From assembly GCA_001938485.1 (NCBI GenBank), contig MQRK01178878.1, positions 1 to 64,000 on the forward strand: a DNA stretch of 64,000 bases, given 5' to 3'. Of this stretch, positions 48,752-62,394 are shown one piece after another. The position numbers and the translations under genes were made by a program. The notes under the pieces were generated by a model that made no database searches, was not told the origin of the DNA, and saw only the letters and a list, made by a program, of their open reading frames with translations. Source of the DNA: Girardia tigrina. Its lineage: Eukaryota. Every line of letters begins with the position of its first letter. The stretch's first letter is position 1.

Positions 48752-50013
48752 TTAGGTGTACAAGTATGAAATGCGGATTTCAGAAAACGGATTGTGCACA
48801 ATGCAAAAAGTAGGTCAATGACGTCATAATATTGAGTAATTATGTAGTGTCTCATACGTAACTCATAAATTGATAAAGCGTTTTAATAATTGTTGTATTT
48901 CTGTGTTTTAGATGTCCAAATTTATGCCAAGCAGGGAGCATTCGCGCACGGTACTAATTTTTTGTTACCATCTAAAGAAAACTGCTGCTGAATCATACCG
49001 ATTACTCCAAGAAGCTTATGGTGAATATGCCCCATCGCAGGAAACATGTGAACGATGGTTTCGGCGCTTCCATGGTGGTGACTTTGATGTTGCAGATATG
49101 GACCATGGGAAACCACGAAAAGGTTTCGAAGATGTGGAATTGCAAGCTTTGTTGGACGAAGANNNNNNNNNNNNNNNNNNNNNNNNNNNNNNNNNNNNNN
49201 NNNNNNNNNNNNNNNNNNNNNNNNNNNNNNNNNNNNNNNNNNNNNNNNNNNNNNNNNNNNNNNNNNNNNNNNNNNNNNNNNNNNNNNNNNNNNNNNNNNN
49301 NNNNNNNNNNNNNNNNNNNNNNNNNNNNNNNNNNNNNNNNNNNNNNNNNNNNNNNNNNNNNNNNNNNNNNAAAGTGGATTTATTTTGATAATCCTAAACG
49401 AAAAAGATCATGGGTAGACCCGGGTACGCCATCCACATCGACAGCCAGACCAAATCGCTTTGGCAGAAAGACAATGCTCTGCGTTCGGTTGGACCAGAAC
49501 GGTGTAATTTATTATGAACTATTAAAACCCGGTGAAACGGTGAATACTGAACGTTACAAACAACAGTTGGTCGATTTAAACTGTTGGCTTCTTCAAAAAA
49601 GACCTGAATACCTCAAAGGCAACACAAGGTTATTCTTCTCCATGACAACGCTTCGTCACATACATCAAAACCGGTTCGCGCCATGTTGGAGGAAATGAAT
49701 TGGGAAATTTTACCTCATGCGGCTTATTCACCANNNNNNNNNNNNNNNNNNNNNNNNNNNNNNNNNNNNNNNNNNNNNNNNNNNNNNNNNNNNNNNNNNN
49801 NNNNNNNNNNNNNNNNNNNNNNNNNNNNNNNNNNNNNNNNNNNNNNNNNNNNNNNNNNNNNNNNNNNNNNNNNNNNNNNNNNNNNNNNNNNNNNNNNNNN
49901 NNATGTATCATTAGTAATGGAGCATATTTTGAATAAAGCTTTTTTTATCGTTCTTTTGTTTTTAACGTATTTCTTTTCAAAATTTAATCCGCATTTCATA
50001 CTTGTACACCTAA
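48752..50013 (+). mobile_element. Full-length mariner, mauritiana (Mos1-like) subfamily, frameshifted
   Basis: Perfect 28-bp TIRs TTAGGTGTACAAGTATGAAATGCGGATT with flanking TA. RTVLIFCYHLKKTAAES, KWIYFDNPKRKRSWVDPG, LHDNA and PHAAYSP motifs; two N gaps. Confidence 0.95.
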
Positions 50014-50509
50014 TAATATGTAAATGTCATTATGTTTGTATTTGGAAGCTAATAAAAAGAAAATATCGATTTAATTTCTTGAATTAATTTATATTCTATC
50101 CTAATTGGAGATAATTATGTCGTGTGTAAATCAGCCTCAACATATTTACTATAAATCGAGAATTGCAAATCTAGAGATAGATCCAAAACTTGAATGTGTA
50201 GATAATCCGTTTGCTGTTCGAGACTTTAATGTTGTGAATTGTCTTGATAAATGTCATAATGAAGGTTCCGAAAAGGACCACAAAATGAGATATTGACAAT
50301 GCGACAGAGTAACATACTCAGACATTGAAGTACAGCTTTTTAAAGTAGATCTCCTTAATTTAATTGAATGGTCAACAATCATAATTAAACGAGAACCAAC
50401 CCTCGTCAGAGATAAATAGAGGAACAGGGTTCAAATTCCGATGGGCTTCAATATTGTCGATCAAACCCACGCACATTTCCAGTGAAGGCAACTTGAAAGA
50501 GTTTTCGGA

Positions 50510-52107
50510 ATGTATGTTTTCTTTATTTATATATTTAAATACTTATAATTATTACCATGATAACATGAATATCCTTCCTTCGTTGGTATTTCGTAGGGGA
50601 ATCGGACCCAATGAAAGACATTTCCACTGCGCTTCTGTAACATACTCAACCTCTAATATTATGATTTCTTGAAAACTAAAATTCCCACTGAAATATTTCT
50701 ATTACAAATTGATTAGTAAAACAAAACAATTTTTTGAAACAAAAATAGTTATAATTGTTCTTGCAAAAAGCGTTATTTCTTCAAACACATTTTTTGTCAC
50801 GATAATACTTTTTAAACACTTTATATATAATTAATGATAATTTCAATAAATAACTAGCCTTAAATAAATTACAACGATAAAAAATTATTCAATAAATTCT
50901 GACGATGGGCCTATTGAATTAAGAACATCATAATTTTGGAATAATTCTCTTTAAATTTTGGTAGATGATATTTAACCAAGAAAGAAAGTGACTATTGTAT
51001 TAAAAATACAATTTTAAGTTTCTCTTTAAACTCTTGGTCATTTCAATTTCTCAATTTGAATAATTTAATTTGGAATCAGCAACCTTCTTAAATTGCTCAT
51101 ATAATTCTCAGCGCCTTTTTCAGGGACAGATCCTCTAGATATACCTACCCTTTGGGTTTTGTTCTTCTTCAATCATAACGTCCGATTTATAAAGGCATAT
51201 AAAAAGATTGTGAATTCTTTTTATTTTACTAATTGGAGATGATACAATATAAAATGAATTTTTCTTTTGATGTACATTTTATTTATCATAAAGTATTTTC
51301 AAATTATTTACTGTAAATTTTGTTTAGAATTATTTATATACCATTAAGAATGGATTTAAATAGCCCTAAATCACGGTTGCATTCTTTTGGAGGAACGTCC
51401 ATCTGCTGCACAGTGGCTTCTTTCCAAGTTCTTGTTGCTATATTAAACATACGATCGTTTCTTCAATGTCCGCGACTCTTAAAATGACTGCATAGTTGCA
51501 CTCTTCAATTTTAGATCAAGTGCAATTATGACATTCTTGGTCTTCATTAATCTTATTTCGCTCAACAAGTGTTTGATGTTCTGCAATCTCTTTAATAACC
51601 TACTGCACTCTCCGAAGGCTGACGACGTTCTTAGCTCCCCAAATTTCAATTTCGATAGTCGAAAAGTTATTTGGTGTTATAGTTGGAGAGGTGAAATTTA
51701 TGTCGCAGTGCGATGTCTCAGTCACCCATGATAAATCATATAACAAACTCTAATCGTATTATTTAAATATAAATCTTGAATTTTCCAGTCTTGTTAATTA
51801 TTTACCTTAGAAAATTTACCTAAGAAATTTTAACATTGATCTACAGACATTTTCTTGCTCATAAAAACGAAATTTATTTTGCCGGCCACTATGTATGTTT
51901 TCTTTATTTATATATTTAAATACTTATAATTATTACCATGATAACATGAATATCCTTCCTTCGTTGGTATTTCGTAGGGGAATCAGACCCAATGAAAGAC
52001 ATTTCCACTGCGCTTCTGTAACATACTCAACCTCTAATATTATGATTTCTTGAAAACTAAAATTCCCACTGAAATATTTCTATTACAAATTGATTAGTAA
52101 AACAAAA
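50510..52107. repeat. 217-bp near-identical direct repeats (50510-50726 and 51891-52107)
   Basis: Only one mismatch seen (CGGACC/CAGACC). Confidence 0.9.
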
Positions 52108-52108
52108 A

Positions 52109-53261
52109 CAGCTATTTGAGAACAAAATGACATAAAATTCAAAAAATGAATATACAACAGAAAAATAACATTTATTAAAATTTAAAATTTTACATATATT
52201 AACACGTACATAAAGGACTACATCATTCAATGAAACCGCCATTAGCGGCAATAACGNNNNNNNNNNNNNNNNNNNNNNNNNNNNNNNNNNNNNNNNNNNN
52301 NNNNNNNNNNNNNNNNNNNNNNNNNNNNNNNNNNNNNNNNNNNNNNNNNNNNNNNNNNNNNNNNNNNNNNNNNNNNNNNNNNNNNNNNNNNNNNNNNNNN
52401 NNNNNNNNNNNNNNNNNNNNNNNNNNNNNNNNNNNNNNNNNNNNNNNNNNNNNNNNNNNNNNNNNNNNNNNNNNNNNNNNNNNNNNNNNNNNNNNNNNNN
52501 NNNNNNNNNNNNNNNNNNNNNNNNNNNNNNNNNNNNNNNNNNNNNNNNNNNNNNNNNNNNNNNNNNNNNNNNNNNNNNNNNNNNNNNNNNNNNNNNNNNN
52601 NNNNNNNNNNNNNNNNNNNNNNNNNNNNNNNNNNNNNNNNNNNNNNNNNNNNNNNNNNNNNNNNNNNNNNNNNNNNNNNNNNNNNNNNNNNNNNNNNNNN
52701 NNNNNNNNNNNNNNNNNNNNNNNNNNNNNNNNNNNNNNNNNNNNNNNNNNNNNNNNNNNNNNNNNNNNNNNNNNNNNNNNNNNNNNNNNNNNNNNNNNNN
52801 NNNNNNNNNNNNNNNNNNNNNNNNNNNNNNNNNNNNNNNNNNNNNNNNNNNNNNNNNNNNNNNNNNNNNNNNNNNNNNNNNNNNNNNNNNNNNNNNNNNN
52901 NNNNNNNNNNNNNNNNNNNNNNNNNNNNNNNNNNNNNNNNNNNNNNNNNNNNNNNNNNNNNNNNNNNNNNNNNNNNNNNNNNNNNNNNNNNNNNNNNNNN
53001 NNNNNNNNNNNNNNNNNNNNNNNNNNNNNNNNNNNNNNNNNNNNNNNNNNNNNNNNNNNNNNNNNNNNNNNNNNNNNNNNNNNNNNNNNNNNNNNNNNNN
53101 NNNNNNNNNNNNNNNNNNNNNNNNNNNNNNNNNNNNNNNNNNNNNNNNNNNGTAAGAGTAGCTTCTGCCATGTCTACCAGCAAAAATAAAATTATGTAAT
53201 TATAACACACAAAAAGATATGGTGTCTATATTACGTGTTCTCAAATAGCTGCCGCACCCTG
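52109..53261. mobile_element. Tc1/mariner-type element, mostly within an N gap
   Basis: Right TIR TGTTCTCAAATAGCTGCCGCACCCTG-TA; left TIR remnant CAGCTATTTGAGAACA lacks the outer 10 bp. Confidence 0.65.
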
Positions 53262-54377
53262 TATAGTTTTGTAAATATCCGAAATATATTTTCAGTTGTA
53301 TTAATGTAAATTAATATTAACATATTTGATATTACTAGCAATAGTCAGTATTATATATATTTAATATTATCAAAATATAAAATATAAAACATTTTTTTAA
53401 TTACTTTATAAAATGTAACTCAATAAATGAAAACAGTTTTTTTCAGGGGTTATCAGCAAGGAGGAAGGTCTTCTCTTTCAGAGTCATCAATGTTTAAATA
53501 TTTTTTTATTTTAAATGTTTATATTGATCAAATAATTTCCCGTTAGTCCAAATAATTATAGTGTTAAACTAGATACAACTTGTAATGGATATTACAAAAC
53601 AGTAAATAAATTACGGTAAAAGTAAATAAAATTCTCTGTAGCTATCAAAAAAGAGACTGAAAATTCCACTTTTAGATATTTCATTTATTCTTTGAATTTT
53701 AAAATTAATGGAAAATGCCCTTTAAATTTACTGTCCCATTGATAATTATCAATTATAAAATAATATTTACTAAATGTATATATTTACTAATATTTACTAA
53801 ATGTATAAAAACATTTCAAACACATTCCAGAATCGTGCATATTGATAAATTGTTGTCATTCAGTAATTTACAAAGTAGCGGAGACATTTGTGGAAGATAA
53901 ATAATGTCTCAATTAAATCTCAACAATTGAAAATTTGACACCCAGGTACAAGAAAGTCAAATCATCGCACTTATTTGACAGTATTAAAGAAGTCATTCTG
54001 TGTCCGTTCAAGACCAATCGTGAATAATACACATGAAGGTCGAGATATATTTTGTGTTTGGTATATTTTCAAGAAGGACTCATTTCAATTTAAAGGCGAA
54101 TGAAATTTAAGATTATATAAAAATATAATTATATTAGTTGTACGTTAGCCGCATAATATTTGTATCTATCAGCTGCAGTAGTTGTACCTTGTACCCGAAG
54201 ATTTACAAAAAATAGATTCACAGAATAAATTTATTTATAATAAATGTAATTTATTTAACAATTATGATTTTTTATTCATATATTTAATTTGGAAGAATTC
54301 TATCCAATATGTAAATTAAATTATTAAGCCTTCTGAGTAGGGGAAAAATGGGAATTCTGCATCAATCGATAAATTTT

Positions 54378-54782
54378 CCAATAATCGTTATTACCATGAA
54401 AATGGTGACGTGACAATGGCAACAAACCATGGTAACCAATGAAATTGCTCGGTTATTATGGAAATCAGCACAGTAACCAATAAAAACGGAAATGGAAAAA
54501 TGTGATTGTGTTACCGATCTCCCCATAGGAGTCGAGTTCAAAATCTTATAACGTTGCGAAGGGATTCCAGTTACCATAGCAATAGATAAAGGTCAGCAAA
54601 CGTAGAGATGCCGTTTCCTAGGTCTTCGTCACCATAGCAACGGCTCCGATTGATAGCCTAGATACAATGACAAAGTTCGGAATTGGTTTTAAAGAAATAT
54701 TTATGATTGAATCTGAGAAGTCAGTGGGCAATATTGATAATCAAAGCCGCATAAACAAAGTCTTAAGATGTTTACATAAACA
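54378..54782. promoter_or_regulatory. Homotypic RFX X-box cluster with CCAAT and forkhead motifs
   Basis: GTGACAATGGCAAC (54410), GTTACCATAGCAAT (54570) and GTCACCATAGCAAC (54628), plus weaker sites at 54390, 54423, 54452 and 54613; three CCAAT; three RTAAACA at 54751-54782. Confidence 0.7.
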
Positions 54783-56944
54783 AAATTATTAATAAAATTA
54801 ATACAGAAATATGAAAAATTTTATGGCTTCAACATTAGATGTTGTACATTATATTATATATTATATAGATTGTAAAACATCACATCAGATCATCAGGTGT
54901 TCCAACTGCTTTAAATCAAAGATAATTGCATTCATCGATAACCAACACCGAGAAGACTGGTTTAAAACATTACACATGTACATTAAGGCTCCAGACTTTT
55001 ACCATCACAGTTTATTTGTCAATTTTATAAGTTTTTGGAAGATTTATCCTCTTTTAATTTTGACTTAAAATTTCAAAAAGAATCAAACAATACTAATGTA
55101 GATGGAATTTCTCGAATTGTAGAATCATTTAAGCAAGCGGTCCTTTTTTTCTATAATATAAACTGGAAAAAAACGTTTTGGTATTAATTGCCAATTTTAG
55201 TGGAATAATTAATTCATGGAATAGCCGTCCTTATCACCCCGAAATCTAGAAGAAGAATAAATATTCAGAGAAACCCAAATTCATTTTGTCGGATAAATGT
55301 AAAACATTTGCAAGAGCCAAGTCGAAACAGACGGAAATTCGGTATTAGACAAGAATTTTGATCCCCATATCAACAGCAGTCTAATGGATTATTGTAGTCT
55401 ATTATCCGTTTAATTTGAGATACAAGTGTGAAACATTAGCAGTTCAAAAAATCTTCATTGGATTGGACAGATTTATTACGAAAAGTTCAATTCTCATTAA
55501 ATATAACTTAACCGAGTTCTATCGGCCTCCTTATTATCCCCTTTCAAGGATTGTTTGGATGGAAACTAAAGACAAATGGAATATTAAGAATTGAGACATA
55601 GAAAATCGTAAAGTGTCGTTAAATTGAATACAAATGCTGCATGATCACAAACAATTAATCATCAATTTAAAGTGTGCATTTTAAAAAAGTGGGTGATTCA
55701 TAGGCTAGTAAACAAGCCCAAATCCATCTGCTTTGTTACTGTTTGCAGTCTACAAATCCCCATTTTATTTTTCTATACAATCTTATCAGTCTAGATGTTA
55801 CTTGCAAACAGTAGATATGAGTCAGACTTATTACGAACTGTGTTTTATATGTGCTGTGCTCGGAATTGCCAAGTAAGAAATTTATAATTTTATAATTTTG
55901 TAAGCCATTTGTAATTGTATTTTCCGAATTTACTTATGTTGGGCTATAATATTGTTGGGGTTTCGAAAAATATAAATTAAATTTTAAAATCTAATAAAAA
56001 ATTTAAAATAATTCACTGGTTAAAATTAATAGTTTTTTGATTATTATAATAGTATTTTAATAAAATTTATAAAATATTTGTAAATATTTTGAGATTTGTT
56101 TTAGTTATTCAATTTTCAAGGTTAAGAAAAACTAGTATATAAGCAGTAGTTGTTTCAGTTACAATTTACACATATTACTACTCAAAAGAAGAATTAAATT
56201 TGAATGTGCGGTAAATTAGATTTTGTTAATATCTTTTTTTTAAAGAAATAATCTAGTATCCTGTAAAGGAGAAAAATTAAATAAATAAATTGATATATTG
56301 AGAAAGTATTAGTATCCTATAAAAGAGAAGTTAAGTTTTAAATAAATCATTCTAGCATCGCTCGAACTAAAAAGTTGTTGTAACTGTTTGATCGAAGTGT
56401 GATCTGATAGAGTTGAATTTATATTTGTAATTCACTTGTTGTTTGCAGAATAAATTATTATTAAAATGTCTTGTTCATTCTTCATATATTATTGTTGGAA
56501 GAAACCTTTTGGTTCATTTGGAGTCAGATTAGTAGTTTCATATAAATAAAGATATAAACGAGATTTAATTGTAATACCCAACAATATTACATGAATTACT
56601 GAAATAAAAAAATCGTGTTGAAAGGATTAAAGCCTCGAAAACTTAATGAAAGAAAAGTTATAATTCGTCTATAATTAGATTAGTGGAAAGTTTGAATATT
56701 TGTTTAAATATTGATTATTTCTTGATTTTTAATTGTATTTAAAAAATTTTAATAATGTCAAGAAATGATGTTTATTTATTGTTGCGGAATGTGTTTATAA
56801 AGTTTTTATTAGTTGTTTTACTGAAATTTGATATTTATATAAATAATAATCATAATAATTCATTTCAATTAAATATAAGGCTTTCTTATATAGTGATCAA
56901 TAATATTTCTCAGAGTTATTCTCATAAAAAGTACACCTAGAAAA

Positions 56945-57444
56945 TTAATTATCAATTGTGTAGAAGACAGGTCTTTGGTATTCAAGATACGGAGATAAAT
57001 GTAACTGATTCGTGTTCGTATCTTTCTCAAAAGCACCGCAACTAGAAATTCTAAATTGTTCTTTGTCTCTTTCTTTGAATACAGATTCGTTAAAATCAGA
57101 TTGATAGCTTGACTTGCTGTCGAAAGGTAGGTGTTGTTTCGGGGTTTGAATGTCACGATCCTTAAACGATCTTGGTAGAGGTACTGCTTGAAATCGGAAC
57201 TGTGTTCTGTATGTTGTAGCATTTTCTAATGGTGGTAGATTTCTATTATACTGTACAAGGTTTGGAACGACTCTTTCATTTTTCCATGTTAAGATGTCCC
57301 GACTTGGTGGGGACTTTAGCTTGAAACAAATATCATCTTTGTCGTATGGGGTGTTTAGAAAGTCCTTATTGTATGTCGAAATGGAATTAAATTTTTCCGC
57401 TGTTTTCAAAGGAACGTGTAATGGAACATAATTTTTTCTTTCAT
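56945..57444 (-). CDS. Terminal exon of a SAXO/FAM154-like microtubule-inner protein (Mn-motif repeats)
   Basis: TTTCAG acceptor at 57445 and an open frame to the stop at 56945. Three repeats: FNSISTYNKDF, LENATTYRTQF, FDSKSSYQSDF, with Pro-rich linkers. Confidence 0.7.
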
Positions 57445-58674
57445 CTGAAAATAAAACATAAAATAAATTTACTGAATATTACAACGTTATATATTTACTG
57501 TATATTTCAATATCTAAGACGACCTTCACAGGATTAAAGGTTCAATTTTCGTTATTGATAGATAATACTAACCCTATTTTTCGAAAAATATACAGGAAAA
57601 TTTTTATGGATAAAGCGTAATCTTATACACCAAAAATATGCGGTATAAGGTTTTGGGTGTTAAGTTTTTTGGTTTTAACTATGGAAAATAGAAGTAATTT
57701 GCACCGCAGACTATGTATTATCCGCCTTTATTTAACATATATATTTTCATTTGCTTCTAATTTTATATGGTGAAAAAATAAAAAAAATTAAATTATTGAA
57801 CCTCTTTAAAATTATAATATTTATCTAATTTTGATAATAAGTATATAGAAATACACATTTATAGAAATTGGGATATGCTGTATTTTAAAAAAGTATATAA
57901 AGTTTTTTAAGTTTATCATTAAATTCTTAAAAAGTTTATTCTTAATTTTTTTGAAAAATCAAATTAAAATGTTAAAAAAAGTATCTGTAAAACTGATTAG
58001 TATTTAATAGACGTTTTATTTTAAAATATATATAAAATCACTATTAAAAACCTTTAAAAAATGAACTAATTTTAATTAAAAATGACAAAAAATTCGATAA
58101 TAAGTCAAAAAAATAAGAAGAATATTTAATTTTGTTTTACAAGAGAAGAAAACAATCTCAGTTTCCAAAAATTTAAAAAATAATTAAATTTCTGTCATTT
58201 AATATTTTGAAATTATATAAATTTTTTTACCATATTTTTCTTAAATTGAAAATTAAATCAAGAATTTCAGAATTTAAATATTAATCATTTTTTAATATAA
58301 ATTTTAATTTAAAATTAGAATTTATTTTATTAGTAATAATAATAGTAATGATAATCATTATAATATTAATTATAAATAATAATTATATTAATTTAATAAT
58401 TATTTATTTAATAATTATTTATTTAATTAGATGATATCAGATCTGAGAAATTTAACTGAAATTAATTTTTACTTCTTTCTTGATAAGTAAAATTGATAAG
58501 TTTCAATCGTGATAAAATTTTTTTATTAAAAACAAAATTCACCCATTAAAAATATATTTAATGACAATATCTTTAGATAAATCAACAGTCACCTTCAAGT
58601 TAATGATTAATAATTAATTCCGCTGTATATAAATACAAAAATGATGATTATGTAATCGATTGCATTAAATCATG

Positions 58675-59290
58675 CTAATCAAACATTCTCAATAAGCTGG
58701 TTGAGACTGCCGATTGAACATTGATTTTATGGCAACGTGACCTAATTAACAATGCTTCACACGACACTCTCCCCAAATAACTATCAAAATACTTACACAA
58801 AATCTTGAAATTATCAAAATTAACATCACATTTACATGTTTTCCTATGTTCTGAAATATTACTCTTACTCTCTTTTCGACAATGTTCTTGAATTCGTTTA
58901 CACATATGACGGGTAATCTCTCCAATGTATGTGGCATCGCACCCATTACATTTATATTCATAAACAATATCATAACACAGAGTTAAAGGTGTAATAGATT
59001 TATTACGGAACATATTTTGAATTTTATGAGATTGTGATACAATTTTCAAATTTAATTTATTGTTATTGGCATTTAACATTGTATTTTTAATATTTTTATA
59101 TCTTTCAGAATAAGGTATAATTAAGCAATATTGAGGCATATTATTAATATCTATTAATACCTCAATTTCTTTCTGAGAACCATCAAGAGAAGAAAAACTC
59201 TGATTTTTCGAACTATCTTTTAAAAGTATCTTATCCACTGTTCCCTTTATTAATTTTCCAAGAAAAGAATTATTAGACTAAAAAAAGATT
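58675..59290 (-). mobile_element. Penelope-like element 3' fragment with GIY-YIG endonuclease
   Basis: IPYS...IVYEYKCNGCDATYIGEITRHMCKRIQEH...ISEH...CEALLIR..KINVQ. Confidence 0.88.
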
Positions 59291-59811
59291 TTTAAAGATT
59301 TTTTAAAAGATTTTTCTTATAAATATCATATGTTACTTCTTTTGATCATTAACTGATTATTTTAGTTGAATAAGAATTATTTATAATAATTATTTTTCAT
59401 GCTAATAACAACATTTACCTTTGATCTAACCAACATTATTGCACTTGTTCTCATTTGGTTATAATCAACTGCTAATAACTAAAAATAAATATCTAATTAT
59501 TATGACGATTTAGACAGGGTCCCTTGAATTCCACAATCAGTTTAACTAATACATTTATGTTTGATAAATGTTCATTCGACATCTAGTAAATTATAATTAC
59601 AATAAATTACGATGAATCATTTAGGAAAGATAATTAATAAATAATAATAAGGAAATATATTGACGCGCGGAGGTACGCCTGGATAATTCATTATGTTCAT
59701 TAACTAATATCAAAAAGAAAAATCAAACAAAATAAAAAATTAAATTAAAAATTAGTTTATTGAATTTTTATTTTATTTTTTTAAACAGAATAAAATTTGC
59801 TGACTGATGAC

Positions 59812-60392
59812 TAGGACCCACGATTTACCGCGGCAAGAAAGGATAAATTCGGTTGCATGTTGTGTGTCGCCCTTGAGACTTATACAAAAAAATAATAATA
59901 CAAGTAAAATAACATTATATTCTTTTTTTCTATTCATCAGTCAATCACAATTAATATTCAAAGAAGTATATCAAAACATATACATTTTATCTATTGTTAA
60001 AAACTGCACCGCAAACTCGCAGGTTTTCTTGTGATAGAGAATATTGCAAGAGTGACAACACCAATTCATAATTTGAAGAACGTTCCACATCAACAGAAGA
60101 GATCGGCAGTGCAATGTAAACTTTAGCAAGTGCTGCTACATAAGATATTCTGTCCCGTAACGCACTCCAAAATGTAGTCACATAAGCTTGAATTACTTCA
60201 CGAAACAAAAATATTACATAAAATTACTTTTTAAGTTCTATGATTTAATCCAAATATTAATATTTTAATAATTTACACATCGGAAATTAAATAGTAATTA
60301 TTAATTCCGCAGAAGTTTGGCGGACCCGCGGCGTAGCGTTTTTTTCTCTAAAATCCATAAATTTCACTGGCCGTGGTAAATGGTAGGCCCTA
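59812..60392 (-). mobile_element. Non-autonomous hAT deletion derivative
   Basis: About 23-bp imperfect TIRs TAGG(A/G)CC.AC.ATTTACC.CGGC; TSD CTGATGAC / CTAATGAC; ALPISSVDVERS dimerization motif. Confidence 0.85.
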
Positions 60393-62394
60393 CTAATGAC
60401 TCATTGAGTTGATGGCCGAGTAATCATTCATTTTTTTCAAGTGTGTATACGATTGTTTTGTACATGAATATCAAGTGCCTAGTGAATGAAATATCTAACT
60501 TTCACTGGTCAAACAATCAGAGCGAGCCTTGAGCCAAACATTGCTTTCACAGTTTTATTTTTTAATTTAATATTTTTCGATTCTGAATCATTGGTCAACT
60601 CTGGTTTAATTTTAGTTGATATAGAGTATATTTATCATGAGAAATTGTTATTATCACGATTTTTAAACGATTTTTTTTGCGAATTATGGGAAGGATTTTA
60701 CGAATTCGAATTATTGAAACATTTCACGATATTGAAAATTTATCCGAAATTTTTACGATTGTGAATTTTGAGACTTTGATAATTTGTGAATTTATTATTG
60801 GACTGTTACTTGAATTTTAAAATACAGTTTATTTTTAAACTTTGTTAGATTAATTTTGTTAAATGCAATACAAAAATTTACTGAACATTTATTTCAATTA
60901 ACGATTAAAGATAAAAAATTATTATTCGATGAGCAAACATTAAAACATTATAATGAAATGGAAGCAGTATGAACACTTCAAACATTCTATCACCACCATC
61001 GTCCGGTCTTCGAGGCACTTTGGTGATTGGGGGAACACATATTTTAATTTCTTGTAGCATGCACTTTTTGAAAACCTCTAGAGTAACTGGCGTATTCAGA
61101 ATAACCTTTATATTTTATGCAGCCTAGCAACCAATAATTGAAAATCAGTTGATCATACTGGCCATGAATTTGGCAAATGTCTGATTAAACACTCTGACAC
61201 CTAAATGATGCTCGAAATGTTTGTTAAAGTTTAATTAGATGTTATATATTTAGTTTTGAAGCATGTTATGATTGCATTTAATGTATAATTTTTGACAATA
61301 TGAATGATATTTTCCAAAATCGAGTCAATGTTTAATTAAATATATGCAGCAACTATTTTAATATCATTTGTAGTTCTTTCATAATGAATAATTACCAATT
61401 CCTGATAGAATAGCTTTAATTCAATGCTATTGCAAAAATGGTCGATCTGAACTATCTGATTCACACGTATATCAAAGAAGATTTGGGATAGCACAACATT
61501 GTTCTCAAAAACCCCTAGTTGCAAAGTTTGAAGGTGACATATGCAAAAAGAAGTTAAAAGCCCCATTTCCTAAAGGAAATCATTTTCAAAGTTCTAGTGG
61601 AGAACTAAGGAAGGGAGGAAACTGATCATCCAAATATTTTTAGCAGTTAGGAAATTTCTAAAAAAAACAGAAGTTCCATTTACCACTTTTTGGTAAATGT
61701 TGTCATAAAAGAATGTGTTTGACAAAAAATTAAAGACACAAATGTTTTATTGCTAGCAGATGTTGTGGGAAACAGTATGCAGTTAAGCATGTAGTTAAAT
61801 GATCTACATAATGATTCTTTTCTTGAGTTGGCATTTTTCCTGTAATTTTTGTATCACTTTCACATAAGATATTTTCATCACAATTTTAAATAGTATTTTA
61901 CATCAGTTTAGATAAAAAGTATTTGTAATAAAATTATCAGTAGCAATACAATAAATACGGCATTTTTTGAAAGTTGCATTTGCAATTATTTCCTGTTTCC
62001 AGTGTTTACGTTATTACTTATGTTCAGAGTAGATACGATAATCGTGGGTAAAATAAATTTTCTGAGTACATATACTTTTAATTGCATTGAAACGCAAACT
62101 CTTAAATATCTCAATGTAAGTATGAATGGACTAAGCAACTTTCAAAATAAAAGGCTCAAATAATAACATAGTATAAGATTCATAAGTACAAGAAACCTTA
62201 CTTACTATCTGATTTTTCATAAAAAATTAAGAATAATTATTATTTAGAAAAAAAGAAGATATTAAATATTTATTAAAAGTAATTTTGTATTCAAATAATC
62301 TATAATTGAAAACATTTTTCAGCAAAAATATAATTTGTATAATGATAAGTTGTTATACTTAGCTAAGTAAATCCTAATAAATTTAATATATTAA

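Noticed and set aside
52230-53210. Long ORFs of about 320 aa
   Set aside because: Artefacts of translating N runs (likewise ORFs around 1641-1745 and 49734-49902).
58495-58580. Hammerhead downstream of the second Penelope fragment (CTAAAGA...GAAAC on the minus strand)
   Set aside because: Core mutated and stems I/II do not pair convincingly.
59804-59845. Hammerhead core CTGATGA...GAAA
   Set aside because: CTGATGAC is the hAT TSD and the rest is TIR sequence; no stems form.
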